Made by a program: the position numbers and the translations under genes
Assembly (NCBI GenBank): GCA_963716255.1
Contig: OY970303.1
Location: 2,656,001 to 2,720,000 of the forward strand
Direction: 5' to 3'
Origin: an uncultured Gemmatimonadales bacterium
GTDB lineage: Bacteria; Gemmatimonadota; Gemmatimonadetes; Longimicrobiales; Longimicrobiaceae
Length of the DNA stretch: 64,000 nt
Notes under the pieces: generated by a model
Seen by the model: only the letters and a program-made list of their open reading frames with translations
Told to the model about the DNA's origin: nothing
Database searches by the model: none
Part shown: piece by piece, positions 11,970 to 22,324 of the stretch
How positions within the stretch are numbered: the first letter of the stretch is position 1
Layout of the letters: each line of letters opens with the position of its first letter

Positions 11970-13225
11970 GACGCCCCCAGCCACGCGGAGTCCCCGGCCG
12001 CGTCGTGGTGGAGCTCGGTCCAGCGCGTGGGCCGCTGCGCCCGGTCGCGGCGGCGCGCGACGGCGAGGGCGGCCGCGGCCGCGGCGAGCGCCAGCGGCCA
12101 CGCGGCGGGGTAGACGCCCGTGAGCACCGCCGCGGGGACCCCCACGAGCAGCACCTCGCCGGCCGCGCCGGTCTTGCGCTCGCCCCCCGCACGCACCGCG
12201 CCCGCGCCCAGGCAGGCCGAGAGCGCCAGGGCCAGCGCCGCGGACGGCACGGCCCAGGGGTCCAGCCGGGCGGCGGCGGCCAGCACCCACGCGCCGGGGA
12301 GCCCGAGCGCGGTCGCGTCCGTGGCCGCGCGGCGCAGCCCGGACCCGGGGAGGGAGCGGACCCACGCCCAGGGGTAGCGGCGGTGCAGCAGTGCGCCCGC
12401 GAGCATGGCGACGTAGACGGCCGCGGCGACGCCCGCGCCGATCCGGGCGGCCATCGCCTCCGTCGCCGGCGCGAGCGGATTGTTGGCGCGGAAAAAATAC
12501 GCGCCGGCGAGGGGAAGGATCGTGGGCACCATCGCCTCCAGGACGGCGCGCGGCCCCAGCGCCCGCCAGGCGAGCAGGAGCCCCGTGGCGGCGAAAAGGA
12601 GCCGGCGGCGGGGACGGGGCCGGGGGAGGCGGATGGGTCCCGCCACCCGGTCCGCGGCCAGCAGCAGGGCCGCCGCGGCGGCGAGGCCCCACCACGCCGC
12701 GAGCGAGGCCAGCAGCGCGGCGCCGAGCGCCATCGGCCGGGCGGCCGCGCCGCGGGCGGAGGGGACGGCGGCGGCGGCGAGCCCGGCCACCGCCAGCGGC
12801 AGCCCCACCAGCTTCGCCGGCGACAGCGGCTCGCGGTAGCCCAGGAGGGTCGCGAGGGCGCAGAGCGCGCCCGCCGCCAGCACGGGGAGCTGGGCGAGGA
12901 CCAGCGCGCCCCAGAGCGCGCGGCGGTGGTCGACCCCCGAGGCGGGGAGCGTCAGCAGCCACCCCTTGATCCCCACGCGGATCCGGGCCGCCGCCCCCGT
13001 GGCGAGCCCCAGCCCAAGGAGCGCGAGCAGCTGGAGCGCGCCGGGCCCGGCCGCCGTGGACGAAACCCCCAGTACGAAGCGGTAGAGGGTGTACGCCAGG
13101 TCGGGCGACGACCCGCCCACGAAGACCACCAGGCACACGCCCACGATGCTGGCGCGGAGGGCGACGCGGAGCCCCGCGCCGCGGTGGAAGGCCAGCAGGG
13201 CGCGGGTGGAGTCGGAGGGGAACAA
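11966..13225 (-). CDS. Multi-pass membrane protein, probable ABC permease partner
   Basis: Many hydrophobic segments; translationally coupled to the ABC ATPase. Confidence 0.65.
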   Translation of the reverse strand: MFPSDSTRALLAFHRGAGLRVALRASIVGVCLVVFVGGSSPDLAYTLYRFVLGVSSTAAGPGALQLLALLGLGLATGAAARIRVGIKGWLLTLPASGVDHRRALWGALVLAQLPVLAAGALCALATLLGYREPLSPAKLVGLPLAVAGLAAAAVPSARGAAARPMALGAALLASLAAWWGLAAAAALLLAADRVAGPIRLPRPRPRRRLLFAATGLLLAWRALGPRAVLEAMVPTILPLAGAYFFRANNPLAPATEAMAARIGAGVAAAVYVAMLAGALLHRRYPWAWVRSLPGSGLRRAATDATALGLPGAWVLAAAARLDPWAVPSAALALALSACLGAGAVRAGGERKTGAAGEVLLVGVPAAVLTGVYPAAWPLALAAAAAALAVARRRDRAQRPTRWTELHHDAAGDSAWLGAS

Positions 13226-13277
13226 GGCGGTCCGGGGGGGAGCGCGGGACGGATGGAGCGCGCGAGGACGATGCGTG

Positions 13278-14675
13278 CTACTCCGTGGCGCTCCCGTGCG
13301 TTCCCGCCTCGTCCCGGACGTACACCGCCTTGGCGTTGACGAACTCGCGGATGCCCGCCACCGACAGCTCCCTCCCGTAGCCCGATTCCTTGACCCCGCC
13401 GAAGGGGAGGCGCGGGTCGGAGGCGACCATGGCGTTGACGAACACCATCCCCGCCTCGATCTCCTCCACGAAGCGGCGCCGCTCTCCCTCGTCGCGGGTC
13501 CAGACGCTGCTTCCCAGGCCGAAGGGGGTGTCGTTGGCGAGGCGGACCGCCTCGTCCACGCCGTCCGCGCGGAAGAGCGTCGCCACGGGCCCGAAGATCT
13601 CCTCGTGGTACACCGGCGAGTCCGGGCGGACGTCGGCCAGCACGGTGGGCTCGTAGTACCAGCCGGGGCGGTCCGGCGCGCTCCCCCCCGTCAGCACGCG
13701 CGCGCCGGCCTCCACGGCCCTGCGCACCTGCTCCGCCACCTCGTCGCGGATGCTCGCCGTGGCCAGCGGACCCACCTGCGTCGCCGGGTCCATGGGATCG
13801 CCCACGCGGAGCGCGCGCATCCCCTCCACGAAGCGCTGCTCGAACGCGGCGTACACCTGCGCGTGGACGATGAAGCGCTTCGCGGCGATGCACGACTGGC
13901 CGTTGTTGATGGTCCGCGCGGTCACGGCGGTCCGCGCGGCGGCGTCCAGGTCGGCGCTGGGCATGACGACGAACGGGTCGCTCCCGCCCAGCTCCATCAC
14001 CGTCTTCTTGAGGTTGCGCCCGGCGCTCTCGCCCACGCTGCGGCCGGCCGGGGTGCTACCGGTGAGCGTCGCCGCCCGCACGCGCGGGTCGTCCAGGATC
14101 CCCGCCACCGCCTCCGACCCCACCAGCAGCGTCTGGAAGACGCCCCCGGGGTAGCCGGCGCGGCGCAGCACGTCCTCGATGGCGAGGGCGCAGCCGGGGA
14201 CGTTGGAGGCGTGCTTGAGCAGCCCCACGTTGCCGGCCATCAGTGCGGGCGCGATGAAGCGGAAGGCCTGCCAGAAGGGGAAGTTCCACGGCATGATCGC
14301 CAGCACTGGGCCGATGGGCCGGTAGGCGATCCAGCTGCGGGTGGCATCCGTCTCCACCTCCTCGTCGGACAGGAAGCGCTCGCCGTTCCCGGCGTAGTAG
14401 CGGCAGGCGCGGGCGCACTTCTCGGCCTCCGCCACCGCCGCGCCGATGGGCTTGCCCATCTCCCGGGTCATCAGCTCGCCCAGCGCGTCCTTTTCGGCCT
14501 CCAGGATCTCGGCCGCGCGGGTCAGCCAGCGCGCCCGGTCCGCGAACGAGGTGCGGCGGTACGCGCGAAAGGCCTCGTCGGCGTGCCGGAGCTTCGCTTC
14601 CAGCTCGGCGCCGGTGAGCGCGTCGTACGTGTGCAGCGTCTCCCCGGTGGCGGGGTCGACCGTGGCGATGGGCAT
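13278..14675 (-). CDS. NAD(P)-dependent succinate-semialdehyde dehydrogenase-like ALDH
   Basis: IMPWNFPFWQ, LKHA, TLTGS, MELGGSDP, NNGQSCIAAKRF, EEIFGP, PFGGVKESGYGRE. Confidence 0.92.
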   Translation of the reverse strand: MPIATVDPATGETLHTYDALTGAELEAKLRHADEAFRAYRRTSFADRARWLTRAAEILEAEKDALGELMTREMGKPIGAAVAEAEKCARACRYYAGNGERFLSDEEVETDATRSWIAYRPIGPVLAIMPWNFPFWQAFRFIAPALMAGNVGLLKHASNVPGCALAIEDVLRRAGYPGGVFQTLLVGSEAVAGILDDPRVRAATLTGSTPAGRSVGESAGRNLKKTVMELGGSDPFVVMPSADLDAAARTAVTARTINNGQSCIAAKRFIVHAQVYAAFEQRFVEGMRALRVGDPMDPATQVGPLATASIRDEVAEQVRRAVEAGARVLTGGSAPDRPGWYYEPTVLADVRPDSPVYHEEIFGPVATLFRADGVDEAVRLANDTPFGLGSSVWTRDEGERRRFVEEIEAGMVFVNAMVASDPRLPFGGVKESGYGRELSVAGIREFVNAKAVYVRDEAGTHGSATE

Positions 14676-14688
14676 CCGATGCTGCTCT

Positions 14689-15573
14689 CTAGGGTTCCAG
14701 GCCGGCGTTCTCCGCGACCACGCGGCCCATCCCGGCCCAGTCCAGGTCGCCCCAGCCGCGGGCGACGCCGGACAGGAAGTGGTCGTGCGCGAGCGAGGCC
14801 AGCGGCATGGGAACGGCCGCTTCGTCGGCGGCGTCCAGCACCAGCCGCACGTCCTTGAGCCCCAGCCGGAGCGCGAACCCAGCGGGCTCGAAGCGCCCCT
14901 CGGCGATCATCCCGCCGTAATTCCTGTACACGGGGAGGTTGAACAGGGTGGAGGTGAGCACCTCAAGGAGCTTGGGCGCTTCCACGCCGTGCTTGCGGCC
15001 CAGCGCCATGGCCTCGGCCAGCGCCTCGATCATCCCCGCGAGCATGAAGTTGCCGGCGAGCTTCACCACGCTGGCCTTTTCCGGCTCCTCGCCCACGCGG
15101 AACATCCCCTGCCCCACCGCGTCGAACACGGGCTCGCAGCGGTCCACCGCCTCCGGCGCGCCCGCGGCCACCACCCACAGCTTCGCCCCCTCCGCCGCCT
15201 CCGGCCGCCCGAACACCGGCGCGGCGACGTAGCCCTGCCCGGCACGGCGGTGCTCCTCCGCCAGCCGGCGCGACAGGGCGACGCCCACCGTGCTCATCCC
15301 CAGGTGGACGGCGCCCGGGCGGAGCGCGCCCAGGATGCCGCCCTCACCCAGCGTCACCTCCTCCACCGCGGCGTCGTCGGCGAGCATGGTGACCACCACC
15401 TCCGCCCCGGCTGCAGCGTCCGCGGGGGTGTCCGCCGCCCGCCCGCCGGCCTCCACCAGCGCCCCGGCGCGGCTCCGCGTCCGGTTGTACGCGGCGACCT
15501 CGTGCCCCGCGCGCGCCAGGTTGCGCGCCATGGGCAGCCCCATCCGCCCCAGTCCAACGAACCCCACGCGCAT
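14689..15573 (-). CDS. NAD(P)-dependent beta-hydroxyacid dehydrogenase (3-hydroxyisobutyrate/6PGD family)
   Basis: VGFVGLGRMGLPMA Rossmann motif, APVFG, VKLAGN, LGLKD. Confidence 0.88.
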   Translation of the reverse strand: MRVGFVGLGRMGLPMARNLARAGHEVAAYNRTRSRAGALVEAGGRAADTPADAAAGAEVVVTMLADDAAVEEVTLGEGGILGALRPGAVHLGMSTVGVALSRRLAEEHRRAGQGYVAAPVFGRPEAAEGAKLWVVAAGAPEAVDRCEPVFDAVGQGMFRVGEEPEKASVVKLAGNFMLAGMIEALAEAMALGRKHGVEAPKLLEVLTSTLFNLPVYRNYGGMIAEGRFEPAGFALRLGLKDVRLVLDAADEAAVPMPLASLAHDHFLSGVARGWGDLDWAGMGRVVAENAGLEP

Positions 15574-15773
15574 GGTCCACCTCCAGCCCGGATGACCGTG
15601 ACTCCCGCGACGTCCCGCTCCGGGCGGCAAGGTGCGTTCCGCCGGGCCGCAGGGGAACGGACCGGCGCGGAACGAGATCTCCAAACCTTACCAGGACATA
15701 CACTTGGCACGAATATTCCCGCTCCGGCACCTGGATCGCTCCTTTGGGGAACTCACGACAAGCGAGTTGTGCC

Positions 15774-16301
15774 ATGCGTACCCACGTATTCCTGCTCGCC
15801 CTGGGCTGCCTCGCCGGCGCGGCGTGCGACGGCGGCGACCCGGCCGGCCCCGCCGAGAACGACCTGGTTTTCACGCGCGCGGACGGGTCGCGCATCGAGT
15901 TCGGGGGCGAGCCGCTCGTGTGGTGCGGCCCGTGGGAGGAGGGCAGCGTCCCCGCGCGGGCGGTGCACGTGCTGGGGGGCGACTTCCGCGGCGGCGGTCC
16001 GGTGTGGCGGCTCCAGGCCGTGGTGGAGGACGTGCAGCCGGGGCAGCCGCTCCGCTTCCCCAACACGTTCACCTGGGACCAGCCGGAGGGCGCGTCCGTC
16101 TTCGTGCTGGACGAGCCCAACGAGGCGTCCACTCAGACGGACGGGTCGAGCGGGTCCATCACCTTCTCCGAGCTGGACTGCGACGGGGAGGTCCGCTTCA
16201 CCCTGGACGCGGTGATCGGGAGCGAGTTCGGGGACGGGCCGGCGGTGAGGGTCGGCGGGAGCTTCGCGGCGCCGGTGGGGGACGCGCCGAGCTTCGATTG
16301 A
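15774..16301 (+). CDS. Hypothetical lipoprotein
   Basis: Signal peptide ending AGAAC; normal codon bias. Confidence 0.65.
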   Translation: MRTHVFLLALGCLAGAACDGGDPAGPAENDLVFTRADGSRIEFGGEPLVWCGPWEEGSVPARAVHVLGGDFRGGGPVWRLQAVVEDVQPGQPLRFPNTFTWDQPEGASVFVLDEPNEASTQTDGSSGSITFSELDCDGEVRFTLDAVIGSEFGDGPAVRVGGSFAAPVGDAPSFD

Positions 16302-16334
16302 CAGCGAGATCTGGTCGTTTGGGGGGTAGCGGAA

Positions 16335-16469
16335 GGGTTCGGGCGTGCCCCCGGCTGGCGCCGGGGTCGGGCTTCGGCTCCGTAACGCACGAAACGACCG
16401 TGCGTAACGGAGTCGAGCCCGCGCCAACAGCCGCGCGGTCTCGCCCCTTCGGGCCGAAATCCCTCACGC
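16335..16469 (+). repeat. Family-1 structured intergenic repeat, copy 2
   Basis: Consensus match; variable stem ACGCACG/CGTGCGT. Confidence 0.95.
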
Positions 16470-16627
16470 GGGGCCGCGCTGGCGTCCGCGAGGGTGGTCC
16501 CCCTCACCCCCCGGCCCCCTCTCCCCCGCAAGCGGGGGAAAGGGGGGGAACGGCACGGCATCCTCGCCTTCGGTACCTTGCCGATGCCCCGGGGAGGCTG
16601 ATCGACGCGGATTCCGTGGGCGGGGAC

Positions 16628-16671
16628 AAAACGAGGCGGCGGGCCGGAGATCCGGCCCGCCGCCTCGTTTT
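16628..16671. terminator. Bidirectional intrinsic terminator-like hairpin
   Basis: AAAACGAGGCGGCGGGCCGGA-ga-TCCGGCCCGCCGCCTCGTTTT between convergent genes. Confidence 0.75.
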
Positions 16672-16692
16672 ACAGCTGGAGCCCGCTTCCGG

Positions 16693-17229
16693 CTACAGGT
16701 GGAAGCGGAGGCCGACGTCGGCCCGCACGAAGTTGGCGTCGCCGCCGTCGTCGGGCACGGTGACGTAGGTCACCTCGGGGGTGAACGACACCACGGGCCC
16801 CAGCGCGTAGTTGAGCCCGGCGCCCACCGTGAAGCCCAGCTTGTTGTCGCTGTCGTTGCCGTCGACGCCGCCCTTGAGGTACACGGCGCCACCCTTCACG
16901 TACGGGGAGAACCCGACCATGGGCAGCCCCAGGCGGGCGCCGCCCTCGAAGCCCTGCACGTTGAAGGTCTCGTCCGTGTCCACGACGTCGTCGTCGAAGT
17001 CGAACTGGGTGAAGCTGTACCCGCCGTAGATGGCGAGGGTGGGTGCGACGTTGAAGCTCACGTTGGCCGCCAGGCCGTAGCCCATTCCCAGCGCGTCGCC
17101 GAAGTCGCCGGTGGGGAAGGCGAGCCCCGCGCGCCCTTCCACGGCGAAGGGAAGCATCGACTGGGCGTGGGCCGGCGCCGCAAACGCCACGGCCGCCAGC
17201 GCGGCGGCCACGAACACTTTCCGTCTCAT
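16693..17229 (-). CDS. Outer-membrane beta-barrel protein (OmpA/OmpW-like, 8-stranded)
   Basis: Signal peptide ending AHA, amphipathic strands, SPYVKGG, terminal VGLRFHL. Confidence 0.8.
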   Translation of the reverse strand: MRRKVFVAAALAAVAFAAPAHAQSMLPFAVEGRAGLAFPTGDFGDALGMGYGLAANVSFNVAPTLAIYGGYSFTQFDFDDDVVDTDETFNVQGFEGGARLGLPMVGFSPYVKGGAVYLKGGVDGNDSDNKLGFTVGAGLNYALGPVVSFTPEVTYVTVPDDGGDANFVRADVGLRFHL

Positions 17230-17817
17230 CACGTCCTCCTTGCTGGTCCACGAAACGATTGGCTCTCGCGGGGACCGCGGCCCCCGCGGAGCACCGCCCA
17301 CGCAAGGCACAGACCGCGCGGGTCTCCGGCGCCCCGGAGGAAACGTCCGGCGGCCGGCTCCACGGGCGTCCCGGCGGCCCGTCCCGGAGCGCACCCGTGC
17401 AGCCTCCAAACCCCCTTTTTTCTCTCGCAGGTCCCCGCCCGCCGGCCCCGATCCTCCGGCGCCGGCCGGGCGCTCCCGCGCGCGGCGTCCCGGCCGCCAC
17501 GCCCGCCCCCGCCGCGGGGGTGCGCGCCCGCCGCGCCGGCGGCCGCGCCGTCCACCGTACAGGCCACCCCCCCGTCCTCCGGACGGGTCAGGGAAGTGCG
17601 AAAGTGCGGAGCGGTGGGGCGCCGTCGCGGGCCCTCACCCGGCTCGCTCGAGGCTCGCCACCCGGATCCTTCATCCGGTTCACGCGAAGCGTGAAGCGTC
17701 ATTCTGGGAGAGGGGCCAACTGCGGGTCCGGTGCAGTCTTCCCCTCCCTCGCTTGCGGGGGAGGGGCGGCGCGCAGCGCCGGGGTGGGGAGCCCCTGCGG
17801 ACGCCAGTGCGATGCCC

Positions 17818-17952
17818 GCGTGAGGGATTTCGGCCCGAAGGGGCGAGACCGCGCGGCTGTTTGCGCGGGCTCGACTCCGTTGCAAACGGTAGTATCGTTT
17901 GCTACGGAGCCGAAGCCCGACCCCGGCGCCAGCCGGGGGCACGCCCGAACCC
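17818..17952 (-). repeat. Family-1 structured intergenic repeat, copy 3
   Basis: Consensus match; variable stem GCAAACG/CGTTTGC. Confidence 0.95.
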
Positions 17953-17975
17953 GCCGTCCACAAGCCGTTCGCAGT

Positions 17976-20900
17976 TCACTCCTGCTCCACATGTCGCTTC
18001 GCGACCAGGCGCTCCACGGTCTCGATCAGGCGCGCGGCGGTCACCGGCTTGGGGAGCACTTCGTCGAAGAGCTGCGCCGCCTCGGCCTGCTCCAGCGGCG
18101 ACAGGATCTGGGCGGTGATGGCCACCACCGGCACGCGTCCCTTCGCTTCCCCGCGCTCCCGCTGGATCTGGCGGGTGGCGGCCCAGCCGTCCATCACGGG
18201 CATGCTCAGGTCCATCAGCACCAGCCCGGGGTCGCAGCGGCGCGCCTCGCGCACCCCCTCCTCGCCGTCGGCGGCCTCCACCACGGCGAACCCGGCCCGC
18301 TCCAGCACGTAGCCCAGCGCCCGGCGGGGCGCCTCGTTGTCGTCCACCACCAGGACCGTGCGCGCGCCGGAGCGCCGCGCCGGGGCCGCGGGGCTCCGCG
18401 CGGGAGGGACGTCCCTGCCCCGCGCGGGGAGAAAGGGAGCCGCGACCGGCGCCGACTCGCCCACTCCGTCGCCGATGCCCAGGGGGAGGGTGAAGTGGAA
18501 GATGCTTCCGCCGCCCGGGCGGTCGTCCACCCCGATGCGCCCGCCGTGGGCCTCCACGATCCCCCGGGCGATGGTGAGCCCCAGCCCGGCGCTGCGCCGG
18601 CCGCTGGGAACGCCCTGCCAGAACGGGGTGAACATGTGCTCGCGGTGCTCCGGGCTGATCCCGGGGCCGGTGTCGGCCACGGAAACGCGGATCCCGTCCG
18701 GCGTGGCGTCCACCCCCACCCACACCTCGCCGCCCTCGCGGGTGAACTTGATGGCGTTCTCCACCAGGTTGGAAAGCACCTGGAGGACGCGGCCGCCGTC
18801 GGCGGGGATGATGGGGACGTCGCCGGCGACGGCGGAGACCAGGCGCACGCCGCGCCGCTCGGCGATGGGGAGGAGCACGGCGAGCCCGCTCCCCACCAGC
18901 AGCGGCAGGTGCTGTGGGGTGCGCACGATGGCGAAGTGGCCGGCCTCCATGCGGGTGACGTCCAGCAGGTCCTGGATCAGCCGCTCCATCTGCTCGGCGG
19001 CGAGCGAGATGGTGCCCAGGGCGTCGCGAACCGGCCGGCTCAGCTCGGGCACGAGCCGCGCGCTGAGGATGGAGGTGGAGTTGAGCATGATGCTGGTGAG
19101 CGGGTTGCGCAGGTCGTGCGACACCGCCTGCATCACCCGCTTGCGCGTCTGCAGCGCCTTCTGCACCTCGCCGTGGAGCTGGGCGTTGTCCACCGCCAGC
19201 GCGGCGCGGCGCGCCACCTCCTCCACCAGCGCCCGGTCGTCCGGGTCGGGCTCGCGCGCGGAATCCCACCCCAGGCTGAGGGCGCCCAGGACGCGATCGC
19301 GGGCGCGCAGCGGCACCACCAGCATGGCGGTGGGGTCCAGGTCGCCGCGGCGCTCCTCGCCGCGCGGGTCGTCCTCGCGGCGCGCGGGCTTCCCGGCGGG
19401 GACGAAGCACACCTCGCCGGTGCGCAGCGCGTGGGCCACGGCCGGGAGGATGAGGTCCAGCACGGGGGCGTACCGCTGGATGCGGGCGCGGATCTCGGCC
19501 TGGCGGCCGGGGTCGGCGTGGACGGCGGCCAGGCGCTGCACGCCGCCCTCGGCGTCCAGCAGGTAGACGATGCACGAGTCGGCGAGGCGCGGCACCAGCA
19601 GCGCGGACACGCTCTCCAGCGTGGCCACGGCGTCCAGCGACGCCGTGAACATGTCGGAGGCCTCGGCCAGGAAGCGGGCGCGGCGGGCGGCCATCTCGGC
19701 GTCGGCGCGGGCGAGCTGCTCGCGCTCCAGCAGCAGCACGCGCTCCTGCTCGGCGTGGCGGTGGGCGGTGTGGTCCTCCACCACCCCCACGCCGCCCATC
19801 ACCCGCCCCCCGGAGTCGCGCAGCGGCGCCACCCGGATGACGATCCACATCTCCACACCCGCGGGGGTGAGGTAGGGCCCTTCGTAGGCGGCGGTGTCGC
19901 CGCGGAGCACCGGCTCGAAGGTGGGGAGGACGCGCGCGTCCCGGATCTCGCGGATGCGGTAGCCGATGAGCCGCCCCCGGGGGAGGTTGGTGAGGGCCTG
20001 GAAACGCTCGTTGAACGCCGTGACCCGCAGCTCCCGGTCGTAGAAGAAGACGCCGGTGGGCACCTGCTCGAAGAGGGCGCGGTGCCGCTCCTCGGACGCC
20101 TGCAGGGCGGCGAGCGCCGCCTCGCGGCCGGCCAGGTACTGGACGTTGCGCAGGGCGGTGGCGGCCAGGGCGGCGACCGCCTCCAGCACCTCCATGTCCT
20201 CGGCCGTGTACAGGTCCGGCGTGTAGCTCTGCACGGACAGCACGCCCAGCACCTCGGCGCCGTCCAGCACGGGGGTGCGGATGGCGGACTCGGAAAGGAG
20301 GGGGCTGCCAAAGGGAGCGGCGCCGCGCGAGGCGGGGTCCTGCGAGCGCAGGGTCCGCAGCGACCGGCGCTCGCGGACGACGCGCTCGCTGGGGGTGCCC
20401 GCCAGCGGGATGGGCTCCCCGGGGTCGTGGAGGTGGCGGTCGTGGCTCCCTAACAGGTGCAGCGCGTGGGCGCCGGCGTCGTACACCGCCACGGTGAAGG
20501 CGTCGTGGTCGATGACGCGACGGGTGGCGTCGCGCAGCACGTCGTGAAGCTGGCGCAGGGTGCGGGCGCCCAGCACCCCCGCCGCCGCGGCGGCGACCGC
20601 GTGGAGCCGGTCGGCCCTGCGCTGCGACTCGCGCTGGGCCTCGCGCAGCGCCCGCTCGGCGTGCTTGAGGGGCGACAGGTTGCGGCCCACGGAAAGGATC
20701 CCCTCCACGCGTCCCTGCTCGTCCAGCAGCGGGCCCAGGCGGCACTCGAAGTACGCGTCGCCGCCGGGGGTGGGGAAGTCGAAGGCGACGACGGCTTCCT
20801 GGCCGGTCGCCACCACGCGGTCCACCGCCTCGCGCCAGCGCGCGGCGAAGGGCCCGCGGATCCCGTGCTCGCGCGCGAACTCCCCGTGCGTCCGTCCCAG

Positions 20901-21887
20901 GAAGGCGGAGGCGGGGAGCCCGGTTTCCCGCTCGATGGCGGGGCTCACGTACAGGTGGCGGCCCCGCGTGTCGAAGCGGGCGACGATGTCGGGGGAGCGC
21001 TCCACCAGCGTGCGGAACCCCTCCTGGTGCCGGCGGAGCTCGGCGAGCGCGTCCTTCTGCGCGGTGACGTCCACCATGATGCCGTGCAGCCGGCGCACGG
21101 CGCCGCCGTCGTCGGCCACCACGCGGGCGGTGTCGTGGATCCACACCGTGCGCCCGTCCGCGGCCACCACCCGGTACTCCAGGAAGTGGTCGCGCCCGGC
21201 CAGCGTCGCCTCGCGGCAGGCGGCGGTGGCGATGGCGCGGTCGGCGGGGTGCACCAGCGCTTCCCAGAAGCCGGGCTCGCGCCACCGGTTCAGCGGGTAG
21301 CCCAGCAGCGCCTCTGCGTGGGGGCTGACGAAGGTGAAGCGGAAGGTGGCCGCGTCCGCCTCCCAGACGATGGCGCCCAGGTCCTCCACCAGGCGGGTGT
21401 GGCGCCGCTCGGCTTCGCGCGCCCGCTCGTCCGCCCCGCGCAGGAGCGCCAGCTGCTCCGCGGCGGCGGCGGCCACCTCGCGGAGCGCGTCCATCTCCGC
21501 TTCGGTCCAGCGGCGCGGCGCGGGGTCCAGCACGCACAGCGAGCCCGCGGCCCCGCCGGGACCCCGCAGCGGCACCCCGGCGGCGGAGGGACCGTCCGTC
21601 CCGCCTTCCACGCGCACCGGGACGCCGCCCGCCACCACCGCGTCGTGCACGGCCCGCCAGTGCGGCGGCCCCCCGTCCGGACCCGCGCCCCGCTCCGCCC
21701 CGTGCGCGCCCACGTGCTCGGCGCCGCCCTGCACGACGCACGCGACCCCCAGCGGAGCGCGGAGAGCCACGGCCGCGAGGCGGGCGTGGAGCTCGGCCAT
21801 GCGGCCGGTCTCGGGCTGCGGGAGCTCGGTCCGCGCGGTGCGCGCGCCGGAGACGGGGGGCTCGTGGGCTCTGTCGCGGAGGTGCAT
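17976..21887 (-). CDS. Cytoplasmic hybrid sensor histidine kinase (GAF/PAS arrays-HisKA-HATPase-REC)
   Basis: PAS/PAC motifs (FVSP..LLGY, VHPADR), GAF segments, SHDLRNPL H-box, NLVENAIKF, DTGPGI, GLGL, REC LMDLSMPVMDG; start uncertain (21887 or 21800). Confidence 0.9.
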   Translation of the reverse strand: MHLRDRAHEPPVSGARTARTELPQPETGRMAELHARLAAVALRAPLGVACVVQGGAEHVGAHGAERGAGPDGGPPHWRAVHDAVVAGGVPVRVEGGTDGPSAAGVPLRGPGGAAGSLCVLDPAPRRWTEAEMDALREVAAAAAEQLALLRGADERAREAERRHTRLVEDLGAIVWEADAATFRFTFVSPHAEALLGYPLNRWREPGFWEALVHPADRAIATAACREATLAGRDHFLEYRVVAADGRTVWIHDTARVVADDGGAVRRLHGIMVDVTAQKDALAELRRHQEGFRTLVERSPDIVARFDTRGRHLYVSPAIERETGLPASAFLGRTHGEFAREHGIRGPFAARWREAVDRVVATGQEAVVAFDFPTPGGDAYFECRLGPLLDEQGRVEGILSVGRNLSPLKHAERALREAQRESQRRADRLHAVAAAAAGVLGARTLRQLHDVLRDATRRVIDHDAFTVAVYDAGAHALHLLGSHDRHLHDPGEPIPLAGTPSERVVRERRSLRTLRSQDPASRGAAPFGSPLLSESAIRTPVLDGAEVLGVLSVQSYTPDLYTAEDMEVLEAVAALAATALRNVQYLAGREAALAALQASEERHRALFEQVPTGVFFYDRELRVTAFNERFQALTNLPRGRLIGYRIREIRDARVLPTFEPVLRGDTAAYEGPYLTPAGVEMWIVIRVAPLRDSGGRVMGGVGVVEDHTAHRHAEQERVLLLEREQLARADAEMAARRARFLAEASDMFTASLDAVATLESVSALLVPRLADSCIVYLLDAEGGVQRLAAVHADPGRQAEIRARIQRYAPVLDLILPAVAHALRTGEVCFVPAGKPARREDDPRGEERRGDLDPTAMLVVPLRARDRVLGALSLGWDSAREPDPDDRALVEEVARRAALAVDNAQLHGEVQKALQTRKRVMQAVSHDLRNPLTSIMLNSTSILSARLVPELSRPVRDALGTISLAAEQMERLIQDLLDVTRMEAGHFAIVRTPQHLPLLVGSGLAVLLPIAERRGVRLVSAVAGDVPIIPADGGRVLQVLSNLVENAIKFTREGGEVWVGVDATPDGIRVSVADTGPGISPEHREHMFTPFWQGVPSGRRSAGLGLTIARGIVEAHGGRIGVDDRPGGGSIFHFTLPLGIGDGVGESAPVAAPFLPARGRDVPPARSPAAPARRSGARTVLVVDDNEAPRRALGYVLERAGFAVVEAADGEEGVREARRCDPGLVLMDLSMPVMDGWAATRQIQRERGEAKGRVPVVAITAQILSPLEQAEAAQLFDEVLPKPVTAARLIETVERLVAKRHVEQE

Positions 21888-22086
21888 CCGGGGGTTGGAA
21901 GGCGTGGACAGCAACGGACAATCTCTTGCCCCGGCAGAGGATACACAAGGGGCGGCTGCCCGCGGCGGGACCGGGCGTGCAGGGCCGGGGGTGACGCGGG
22001 CCCCGGGCGAAGACGGCGCCCCGGACCCCGCCGGCCCAGCGGCGCGGCGGGCGGACGCGCTCCCGGCCGGGGTGCGGCGAGAGCCC

Positions 22087-22224
22087 GCGTGAGGGATTTC
22101 GGCCCGAAGGGGCGAGACCCGGCGGGGCTGTTTCCGCCGGGGCTCGACTCCGTTGGACGAGGTAGTTTCTCGTCCTACGGAGCCGAAGCCCGACCCCGGC
22201 GCAGCCGGGGGCACGCCCAGACCC
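22087..22224 (-). repeat. Family-1 structured intergenic repeat, copy 4
   Basis: Consensus match; variable stem GGACGAG/CTCGTCC; lies between divergent genes. Confidence 0.95.
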
Positions 22225-22324
22225 GGTAGTAACCTGTAAACACCCGGCCCGGAACTCGCATACCCGCCGCCAGGTAGTCGAACAAGCATCCGTCCGCCGT
22301 ACCCGCAGCCGAAGCGTCCGCCGC